A stretch of DNA of 10,314 nt from an uncultured archaeon. Lineage in GTDB: Archaea > Asgardarchaeota > Lokiarchaeia > Sigyniarchaeales > SOKP01. Where the stretch lies: the NCBI GenBank assembly GCA_964388035.1, contig CAYLZE010000145.1:1-10314 (forward strand), read 5' to 3'. This document shows, in pieces, positions 1 through 7,205 of the stretch; the stretch's first letter is position 1, and each line of letters opens with the position of its first letter. The notes beneath the pieces were generated by a model. The model made no database searches. It was not told where the DNA came from and saw only the letters and a list, made by a program, of their open reading frames with translations. Made by a program: the position numbers and the translations under genes.

Positions 1-24
1 GATGGGAATTCCGAATGGATCCAT
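1..24 (-). CDS. Possible 5' start of a divergent gene running off the left edge (MDPFGIPI...)
   Basis: Minus-strand ATG at 24-22 is open to the window edge. Positions 1-24 are more GC-rich than the AT-rich spacer 25-94. Only 8 codons are visible. Confidence 0.3.
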
Positions 25-94
25 TGAAATTTTAAACTATTATAAATATTTTTAATTAAAAATATATTTACGCTGATTCAATTAAAATTGAAGA

Positions 95-1321
95 ATGAAA
101 TTTTTAAAAGCCATTCAAGTATCAGAATTGAAAAATATTTTAAATTCAATTCCAAAGATTTCATTAAGTGAAGAAATTTTACCATTAAGCGAATCCTATA
201 ACCGTGTTCTCAGCAGGGACATGGAAAGCCCTATTGATGTCCCTCATTTTCGAAAGTCTCGAATGGATGGGTTTGCAGTGATTGCGGAAGATACTTTTGG
301 GGCAGAAGAAGATAATTTGATAGAATTAAACTTATTAGAGGTAATCAATGCTGGAGACGCTCCTAAGAGAGAATTGCAAAGAGGAAAATGCTCGTATGTT
401 GCCACGGGTGCCGCAATCCCCGAAAATGCTAATGCCGTCGTGATGGTTGAATTTACGGAACAACTGGGAGAAAAAATTAAGATAAGCAAAGCTGTTGCTC
501 CAGGAACTTATATCGTTAACATTGGACACGACGTATCCAAGGGACAAGTTATATGTAAAAAAAATACTTTTATTGATTTACCTACCTTGGGAATTCTTGC
601 TTCTTGTGGAATTGATAATGTACCGGTGTTTTCCAAACCCGTTGTTACATTAATGAGCACGGGAAATGAATTAGTATCGCATGATATCAAAGAACTGACA
701 ATAGGAAAGATTTATGATATTAATTCCATAATGCTCCAAAAGGCAATTGAGAACACGGGGGCTAAAATAAATTTCTTGGGGATAATTAAAGACGATTACG
801 ATGAGCTTAAAAAACAAGTTGAAACCTCCTTACTAACCAGTAATATTGTTATCCTTTCTGGAGGTACTTCGAAAGGGGAAGGAGATTTAATTCCTCAAAT
901 TTTAGATAGTATGGAAAATGTGGAATTACTTGTCCATGGAGTAAGAATTAAACCGGGAAAGCCTTTAATCTTTTGTCAATTAGCACATAAAATTCTATTT
1001 GTTTTGCCGGGATATCCCACCTCCGCATTGAGCTGTTTCTTCGTCTTCATTGAAAATTTTCTCAGGAGAATGTCTTGTTATCCTCTAAAAGAGGCAAATT
1101 CCGTTATTTTGGAAGTTGGGGAGCGAATATATAGCGAGCCCGGAAGGCATGAGTTTAAAACTGTTAGTATCCAGGATTTTGATGGTATAAAAAAAATTAT
1201 TCCAATAAAAACGGGGTCCGAGGCAATCAGTACCATGTTTAATGCTGATGGGTATATCGAAATAGAAGAACTAGAAACGATTATCGAAAAAGGAGATAAA
1301 AGAAGGGTCTATTTCTTTTAG
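95..1321 (+). CDS. moeA: Molybdopterin molybdenum/tungsten transferase MoeA (gephyrin E-domain family), paralog 1
   Basis: 408 aa with MoeA motifs P-x-F-x-x-S-x-MDGFAV, VATGAAIP, AVVMVE, STGNEL, IYDIN, SGGTSKGEGD, HGVRIKPGKP, LPGYPTSA and ADGYIEI. Confidence 0.95.
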   Translation: MKFLKAIQVSELKNILNSIPKISLSEEILPLSESYNRVLSRDMESPIDVPHFRKSRMDGFAVIAEDTFGAEEDNLIELNLLEVINAGDAPKRELQRGKCSYVATGAAIPENANAVVMVEFTEQLGEKIKISKAVAPGTYIVNIGHDVSKGQVICKKNTFIDLPTLGILASCGIDNVPVFSKPVVTLMSTGNELVSHDIKELTIGKIYDINSIMLQKAIENTGAKINFLGIIKDDYDELKKQVETSLLTSNIVILSGGTSKGEGDLIPQILDSMENVELLVHGVRIKPGKPLIFCQLAHKILFVLPGYPTSALSCFFVFIENFLRRMSCYPLKEANSVILEVGERIYSEPGRHEFKTVSIQDFDGIKKIIPIKTGSEAISTMFNADGYIEIEELETIIEKGDKRRVYFF

Positions 1322-1337
1322 TAAAGGCATGATTAAT

Positions 1338-1345
1338 TTTATAAA
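1338..1345 (+). promoter_or_regulatory. Putative archaeal TATA box (TTTATAAA) for an internal, probably leaderless moaB promoter
   Basis: TTTATAAA ends 24 nt upstream of the ATG at 1370 and there is no Shine-Dalgarno. The AT-rich background lowers specificity. Confidence 0.4.
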
Positions 1346-1369
1346 ATATAAAAATAACCAAGAAAAAAC

Positions 1370-1906
1370 ATGAAAGTACATGAATTACACAAGAGCAAGG
1401 GATCCGAGAAACAGGATCTTGCTCTAATTATAGTAAGCACCAGTCGGTTTGAAGAGCAAGAAAAAGGGTTTCCAAGCTCTGATAAAACAATTCCAGCTGT
1501 GAAAGAATTATTGATAAATTATCCTAGTATAAACCTTAAGTTTACATCGATTATTCCGGATTCGAAAGAGCACTTAAAGGAAATTTTCGATGTTCTTATC
1601 AATCGAGAAGATTTGGATGCTTTAATTTTTAGTGGAGGAACGGGGCTGAGTCCTACGGATGTTACTTACGAAAGTATCACTCCGCATTTGCAAAAAGAAA
1701 TACAAGGTTTTGGGGAGTTATTTAGATATCTCTCATTTAAAGAAATTGGATCTTCAGCGATGTTATCAAGAGCAGCTGGCGGAATTCATGAAGAAAAGGC
1801 TATATTCATCCTCCCCGGATCTCCCAATGCCGTGAAATTAGCGCTGAATGAATTAATTCTGCCCGAGTTAGGGCATATTGCATATTTAATCCAAAAAGAA
1901 AAGTGA
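1370..1906 (+). CDS. moaB: MoaB/MogA family molybdopterin adenylyltransferase (gephyrin G-domain family)
   Basis: 178 aa with IIVSTSR, IIPD, SGGTGLSPTDVT, GFGELFR, AMLSRAAGG and LPGSPNAV, all typical of MoaB/Mog. It lies between two moeA genes. Confidence 0.93.
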   Translation: MKVHELHKSKGSEKQDLALIIVSTSRFEEQEKGFPSSDKTIPAVKELLINYPSINLKFTSIIPDSKEHLKEIFDVLINREDLDALIFSGGTGLSPTDVTYESITPHLQKEIQGFGELFRYLSFKEIGSSAMLSRAAGGIHEEKAIFILPGSPNAVKLALNELILPELGHIAYLIQKEK

Positions 1907-1913
1907 TAAAAAG

Positions 1914-3161
1914 ATGGAACGCTTGAGAAAAATTGGTTTTGCAAAATTAACATCGGTGGTTGAGGCTCAAGAAAAATTATTCTCATCCCTTAAGCCATTA
2001 AATTCTGAAAAAGTTGAAATAAGAGAATCTTTGAATCGAATAATTGCAGAAGATATTTATAGTGAAATTAATATCCCCCCTTTCGATAGAGCCGCAATGG
2101 ATGGATATGCGATCAGAGCTGAAAATTCCTTTGGAGCATCCCCCAAGAACCCTAAGCATTTAGCACTAACGGGAATGATTGAGATTGGAGAATATAAAGA
2201 ATTGAAACTTGACAAGGGACAAGCGATACGAATATCTACTGGAGCAGCAATTCCGAAAGGGGCGGATTCAGTTATTAAAATAGAAGATACTGAACTAGAG
2301 GATGAAAAACTAACGTTATATACGGCTTTGACTCCCGGGCAGAATGTCTCAAGAAGCGGGGAAGATATTTTAAAAGGAAAGCATGTTTTGAAAAAAGGAA
2401 CGGAGTTAAAAGCGGAGCATATCGCCCTTTTGGCTTCCTTGGGAATCAAAATTATTCCCGTGATGAAAAAGCCACGAGTGATGGTACATGCTACCGGAAA
2501 TGAATTGATCGAGGTTGGGGAAAAATTAGGACCAAATACCATTTATAATTCGAATTCGCTCATGATCGCAAATCTAGTGCGATTATATGGGGGCGAGGTT
2601 GTCGGAGAATCCTCTCTAAAAGATAATAAAGAATTGATTAAGAAAGCATTATTAGATGCAGTAAAAATATCTGATCTTGTCATATTTACGGGAGGTACTT
2701 CGGTAGGAACTCGAGATTTCTTACCGGAAGTGATCCAAGAAACGGGTAGTATTCTAACTCATGGGGTTGCAATGAGGCCTGGTTCTCCGATTTTAATGGC
2801 TCTTGTAGAAAATACCTTAGTTTTTTGCTTACCCGGTACCCCCGTGGCAGCATATGCAGGCTTTCTTAAATTTGCCGGTCCCGCAATTCGGAAAATGATG
2901 TCGAGTGTAAATGCCGATCCCAGAATAGAAATTAAAGCAGTAATGAATAATGACGTTCCGGTATCTAAAATGGGCTTTGTTAATCTACTTCGTGTTGAGC
3001 TTCAAATCCTTGACGATAAAATCATTGCAATCCCTGTCAAATTAAAAGGTTCTGGAGTGATTAGTTCCTTGACTGATTCTGATGGCATCGTGGAAATCCC
3101 TCCCTCTCAAGAAGGATTGAAAAAGGGAGATCTGGTCCCAATAAAATTGCATCCAAAATGA
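1914..3161 (+). CDS. moeA: Molybdopterin molybdenum/tungsten transferase MoeA, paralog 2
   Basis: 415 aa with PPFDRAAMDGYA, ISTGAAIP, ATGNEL, IYNSNS, TGGTSVG, HGVAMRPGSP, LPGTPVA and GSGVISSLTDSDG. It starts 7 nt after the moaB stop. Confidence 0.95.
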   Translation: MERLRKIGFAKLTSVVEAQEKLFSSLKPLNSEKVEIRESLNRIIAEDIYSEINIPPFDRAAMDGYAIRAENSFGASPKNPKHLALTGMIEIGEYKELKLDKGQAIRISTGAAIPKGADSVIKIEDTELEDEKLTLYTALTPGQNVSRSGEDILKGKHVLKKGTELKAEHIALLASLGIKIIPVMKKPRVMVHATGNELIEVGEKLGPNTIYNSNSLMIANLVRLYGGEVVGESSLKDNKELIKKALLDAVKISDLVIFTGGTSVGTRDFLPEVIQETGSILTHGVAMRPGSPILMALVENTLVFCLPGTPVAAYAGFLKFAGPAIRKMMSSVNADPRIEIKAVMNNDVPVSKMGFVNLLRVELQILDDKIIAIPVKLKGSGVISSLTDSDGIVEIPPSQEGLKKGDLVPIKLHPK

Positions 3162-3208
3162 ATAAGTCCCAAACTAAATGAAAATCAGTATTATTGAGTA
3201 ATTTTATT

Positions 3209-3239
3209 AAAAAAAAAAAAATAAAGTTGGACGTTTTTT
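3209..3239. terminator. Candidate oligo-T terminators between convergent genes (A13 at 3209-3221, i.e. T13 on the minus strand; T6 at 3234-3239 on the plus strand)
   Basis: Homopolymer runs in the gap between the convergent stops at 3161 and 3263. Archaeal intrinsic termination uses oligo-U tracts. Confidence 0.5.
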
Positions 3240-3262
3240 CACCATTTAAAATATCATTAAAA

Positions 3263-4888
3263 TTAACTGGTTAAGGTCTTATTAGATAATTGTAATATAG
3301 CTTCAATTTTCCTCGCGATTACCTTTAAAATTGCGCGGTTGATTGCTCTTAAGAATGCTTTTTGAAAAGCTTTTTGAAATAAAGTGTTTGCTTGTGATGA
3401 TTCATCAATAGGATTTTCATTAATTTTTTGCGCATAGATGTCAGTATTTGAGCTGCTTCTTCCATCTTCCCAAACGATGATAGCACCATGTGATCCATCG
3501 CTGCATAATTCAGGGTAATATTGGTTATCATCTGCATTACAGATAAGAGTACCATTCTTTTGCCATTCAATATTTCCACTTGCATTAATTTTTTGCGCAT
3601 ATATATCATCATTTCCATTCCTTAAATCGTACCATGTAATTATAGCTCCTCCTGCATTATCCTTACAGATCTGTGGACTATTTTGAGCATTACTGGCGTT
3701 ACAAATTACCGTGCCGTTAGTTCTCCATTTTATTACTCCGCTAGCATTAATGTTTTGAGCATATATATCTACATCATACCAAGTGATGATAGCCCCTCCA
3801 GAATCATCAGTGCAAAGTTGTGGTTCGTTTTGATCAGAATCCCTATTACAAATTAAAGTACCATTATCAACCCATTTTGTGATGCCATTTAGATCAATCT
3901 TTTGGGCATAGATATCGCGGTCGGTTACTATTCTCTCATCATACCAGGTAATAATTGCTCCTCCCGCGCCATCACTGCATATTTGTGGACTCCATTGGTC
4001 ATTATCTTCATTGCATATAATTGTACCATTATCAACCCATTTTGGAACCCCATTCGTATCAATTCTTTGCGCGTATATATCTTGCGCGAAAAATACTAAA
4101 CCGCTTCTGGCATCATACCAGGTAATAATCGCACCTCCCGCGTCATCACTGCAAATTTGTGGGTCATATTGTCCATAATCAGCATTACATACAATTATAC
4201 CGTTTGAATCCCATTTGGGAATCCCATTTGTATCAACTTTCTGAACGAAAATATCCATTTCATCATATCTATCATCATGCCAAGCTATTATCGCACCTCC
4301 AGAGCCATCACTGCATATTTGTGGATCTAGTTGATCTGCCATATCGTTACATATAATTGTTCCATTATCACCCCATTTAGGAGAGCCATTTGCACTAATT
4401 TTCTGCACGCCAATGTCATAATTCGTTCCACTCCTCATATCCTGCCATACAATGATTGCTCCTCCCGCCCCATCGCTACAAATTTGAGGCTTATCTTGAG
4501 TATTTTCTCTATTACATACGATAATGCCATTACTACCCCATAATAAATCTCCATCAGCATCCACTCTCTGTGCGTAAATATCAGTATCATACCAAGTAAT
4601 AATTGCTCCTCCCGCACCATCACAGCATATTTGAGGTTGTCTCTGGTTTCCCGCAGCATTGCTAATTAGTTTACCATTAACATTCCATTGGGGAATTTGG
4701 GAGGGTTGTAAACCTTTAGAATTCAAGTTTTTTTCATTAACTATCGGTATTGGTAAAATGTTTCCTTGCTCGTTGATCCCGAATGTTTCATAACTAGAAT
4801 AAGTGTTTAAAAGCAATATTGAGACCCCAGTTATTGTTAAGAATATTAAGAGGAATAGCACAAAAATTTTGTTTGTTTTAAATCTCAT
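3263..4888 (-). CDS. Secreted or N-terminally anchored repeat protein, predicted 8-bladed beta-propeller surface glycoprotein
   Basis: Basic N-terminus plus a hydrophobic stretch (IFVLFLLIFLTITGVSILLL). Eight ~50-58 aa repeats Q-x-x-PQICSDGAGGAIITWYD...DIYAQKI-x-x-x-G-x-x-x-W-x-x-NGT-x-ICN. Ten N-x-S/T sequons. Confidence 0.85.
   Translation of the reverse strand: MRFKTNKIFVLFLLIFLTITGVSILLLNTYSSYETFGINEQGNILPIPIVNEKNLNSKGLQPSQIPQWNVNGKLISNAAGNQRQPQICCDGAGGAIITWYDTDIYAQRVDADGDLLWGSNGIIVCNRENTQDKPQICSDGAGGAIIVWQDMRSGTNYDIGVQKISANGSPKWGDNGTIICNDMADQLDPQICSDGSGGAIIAWHDDRYDEMDIFVQKVDTNGIPKWDSNGIIVCNADYGQYDPQICSDDAGGAIITWYDARSGLVFFAQDIYAQRIDTNGVPKWVDNGTIICNEDNDQWSPQICSDGAGGAIITWYDERIVTDRDIYAQKIDLNGITKWVDNGTLICNRDSDQNEPQLCTDDSGGAIITWYDVDIYAQNINASGVIKWRTNGTVICNASNAQNSPQICKDNAGGAIITWYDLRNGNDDIYAQKINASGNIEWQKNGTLICNADDNQYYPELCSDGSHGAIIVWEDGRSSSNTDIYAQKINENPIDESSQANTLFQKAFQKAFLRAINRAILKVIARKIEAILQLSNKTLTS
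3420..4690 (-). repeat. Intragenic tandem repeat array (8 units of about 150-175 bp)
   Basis: Protein repeats are also visible at DNA level: identical 22-mer gtaccattatcaacccattttg at 3858-3879 and 4023-4044, and identical 19-mer catcataccaggtaataat at 3937-3955 and 4111-4129. Confidence 0.9.
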
Positions 4889-5113
4889 TTATACAATCCC
4901 TAATATAATACTTACAAATGATATCGGCTGCACTTTAATATATTTTTTGAAAACAAAATAGATAACACATGGCAAGGCTGATATTGCATAAATTTGACTA
5001 AAGCAGAAATTAGATGCATTTTTAGAAAATAATATTCTATTTAATATTTTATTATAAAATAGGACTCGATTTGAATGGGTTAATTTTTCTGAAAGGAATC
5101 ATTTTATAATATT

Positions 5114-5983
5114 GTGACGACGACGGAGTTAATTAAAGAGATTCAGCAAAAGGATGACATCATTGGAAGGGAAGATGAGTTAAAGAAGATAATTTTAGCC
5201 CATTCTGTAAGAAAAAATATTTTAATTGAAGGAGAAGTGGGAGTTGGGAAAACAACTCTTGCCCAAGCCGTAGCTTCCTATTTTGATTCACAATTTTATC
5301 GAATTGATTGTAGTGAGGAAACTTTAACCCATAATCTTATTGGATTTTTTGATCCCCCCTTGGTAATTTCAAAAGGGTATATCGAAGAATCTTACGTATA
5401 TGGCCCTCTTCCTTTAGCCATGATAAATGGAGGATGTTTATTTATCAACGAAATCAATAGAATGCCCGAAAGCACCCAAAATCTTCTCTTGACCTCATTA
5501 GATGAAAGGATCACGGAAATTCCCAAATTGAAAACGATTAAAGCTAAAGAAAGTTTTTTTGTAATTGCAACCTTAAATCCTTCTGCTCACGTGGGAGTAA
5601 CTGCTTTAGGAGAAGCTCTTAAAGACAGATTTATTTGGATTTATTTGGATTATCAATCTCCGGAAGAAGAGGTTGAAATTATTAAGAAGGAATTAAGAGG
5701 GGAAAATTCAAGCTCGGAAAATATCGTTATAATGTCCCAAAGAATCGTTCAAAAAACGCGGGAACATACTTCCATACGAAGAGGAAGTTCCATCAGAGGG
5801 GGCATAGATTTAGCATCGATCATGACTAAATATGATAATGATAAAAGTACGAAAAATTGGGTAGAAGCAGGCATCATGGCATTATACAATAAAATTGAAT
5901 TAGAGGATGGTCTCACTCGGTCAAAAAAAGAAATTTTAACTGATATCATATTAGCTTGTCTTAATGAATCGGATTTTCAATAA
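5114..5983 (+). CDS. moxR: MoxR-family AAA+ ATPase
   Basis: GTG start; IIGREDE; Walker A GEVGVGKT; LIGFFDP; GPL-x-x-AM; Walker B-like LFINEINR; sensor-1 ATLNP; arginine finger ALKDRF; lid motif GSSIRGGID. Followed by a VWA gene, as is typical for MoxR. Confidence 0.92.
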   Translation: MTTTELIKEIQQKDDIIGREDELKKIILAHSVRKNILIEGEVGVGKTTLAQAVASYFDSQFYRIDCSEETLTHNLIGFFDPPLVISKGYIEESYVYGPLPLAMINGGCLFINEINRMPESTQNLLLTSLDERITEIPKLKTIKAKESFFVIATLNPSAHVGVTALGEALKDRFIWIYLDYQSPEEEVEIIKKELRGENSSSENIVIMSQRIVQKTREHTSIRRGSSIRGGIDLASIMTKYDNDKSTKNWVEAGIMALYNKIELEDGLTRSKKEILTDIILACLNESDFQ

Positions 5984-6018
5984 TCGATGATTTCCCTGAA
6001 GAAACATCCCAAGGGGAG
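5971..6018 (+). other. Candidate programmed -1 ribosomal frameshift cassette (G_GAU_UUU plus downstream hairpin/pseudoknot)
   Basis: Heptamer 5971-5977 is phased in the ATPase frame. The -1 frame is open from 5968 into the VWA ORF. Stem gatg-a-tttc (5986-5994) pairs with gaaacatc (6001-6008), and loop cct (5995-5997) can pair with agg (6012-6014). Confidence 0.45.
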
Positions 6019-6021
6019 GAG

Positions 6022-7092
6022 ATGCGACTAAGAGTAGATTTCGTGGATAAACCACCGGATAAAGAAATCTTGCGGTTTGAAATCATTCGAAAGAAAAAAA
6101 AGAAACCCGACTATTATTTTCATTTAGCTAATTCTCTGGATTACAAGCAAATTAAAAACATGACTTTTTTGGCTATTGAGAATGATAATTTAGAAGCAAT
6201 AATGGGTTTACTGAAATCAAATGTCTATGCTGCAACGGATGCTTTAGATACTCAAGAAGGAGTAAAATTCTTCGCTGAGAAGTCTAATGAAACTAATTTA
6301 ATCATGCCCGAATTATACTTTTTCATAAGAAGACCCATATCTCAAAAATATAAGGGTATCTTTAGAAGACTTGCTCGCCAGAGCATTTTAAAAACATCTC
6401 TTAAGATATCAAGTCGGGGAATTAAGGGAACTTTTAAAAAAACGGTTCCTCATTATCAAATCGGTGATCCCGACTTTGATTTAGATGAAACTATTCAGCA
6501 TAATCCTTTGAAAATCCATGAAAAAATTTTATCCTACAATGATATTTACGGGATTAAAAGAAAACGGCAAAAGAGAAAGGTAGTAATGATACTCGATACC
6601 AGCGGAAGCATGTATGGAAGATTACTTTTAAATGCTGCTTTAACCACTTCTGTTTTAGCATATAACATGGAAAAAGAAAACTACGCGATTGTTTTGTTTA
6701 ATTCAACTGCAATGTTAATGAAGAGAATTAAAGAGACAAAGGATATCACCAAAATAGTGGATGACATTTTAGACTCAGAAGCAGCAGGGTTCACTAATAT
6801 CTCTATTGGACTCGAAAAAGGATTGAATGAATTGAATACCTTAAGATCGAATACTAAGCACCAATTTGGAATTCTCATAACTGATGGAGTATATAATCGG
6901 GGTGAGGATCCGGTGAAAATTGCAAAAAAGTATCCCAAGCTCCATGTTATTGGTATGCCAGCAGATAATGATGCAGATAGAGGAATTGAAACCTGTAGAA
7001 AAATTGCAAATGCCGGAAGGGGCAAATTTCTAGCAGTAAATGATTATAGGGAAATCCCTAGAGCATTAATAAAATTACTAGTTCAAATATAA
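6022..7092 (+). CDS. VWA (von Willebrand factor A) domain protein with intact MIDAS, CoxE/ChlD-C-terminal-like partner of the MoxR ATPase
   Basis: Pre-VWA motif DFDLDETI; MIDAS DTSGS (DxSxS), GFTNI (T) and LITDG (D); C-terminal IANAGRGKF. The reading frame extends upstream without a stop to 5968. Confidence 0.9.
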   Translation: MRLRVDFVDKPPDKEILRFEIIRKKKKKPDYYFHLANSLDYKQIKNMTFLAIENDNLEAIMGLLKSNVYAATDALDTQEGVKFFAEKSNETNLIMPELYFFIRRPISQKYKGIFRRLARQSILKTSLKISSRGIKGTFKKTVPHYQIGDPDFDLDETIQHNPLKIHEKILSYNDIYGIKRKRQKRKVVMILDTSGSMYGRLLLNAALTTSVLAYNMEKENYAIVLFNSTAMLMKRIKETKDITKIVDDILDSEAAGFTNISIGLEKGLNELNTLRSNTKHQFGILITDGVYNRGEDPVKIAKKYPKLHVIGMPADNDADRGIETCRKIANAGRGKFLAVNDYREIPRALIKLLVQI

Positions 7093-7205
7093 ATCTTACC
7101 TCTTTATACTTCACGCTTTGCTCTTTCATTTTCTGTTTTTTGGGTAATAAATTCTTATTTAATCTAATATATAGATATAATATATCTCTAAATTCAATGG
7201 GCTAA

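Noticed and set aside
1319-1369. moeA1 and moaB are in the same frame (possible TAG readthrough or pyrrolysine)
   Set aside because: The TAG is followed immediately by TAA, and another in-frame TAA occurs in the spacer.
1887-1916. Possible +1 frameshift in the A-rich moaB end (caaaaagaaaag) fusing MoaB to MoeA as a gephyrin-like protein
   Set aside because: moaB ends in a double stop (TGA TAA), moeA has its own ATG 7 nt later, no stimulatory structure is evident, and A-runs are common here.
3420-4690. Repeats considered as a CRISPR array or a DGR template/variable region
   Set aside because: The units are degenerate, in-frame protein repeats with no constant repeat/unique spacer pattern. 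No cas or reverse transcriptase gene is in the window, and no non-coding template copy was seen.
5987-6031. 14-codon ORF (MISLKKHPKGRRCD) in the ATPase frame after its stop
   Set aside because: Too short and without independent support. TAA readthrough would add only a short tail and would not reach the VWA frame.
6094-6102. A_AAA_AAG slippery heptamer within the VWA ORF
   Set aside because: The -1 frame stops within about 10 codons, and the run is explained by a poly-Lys stretch.
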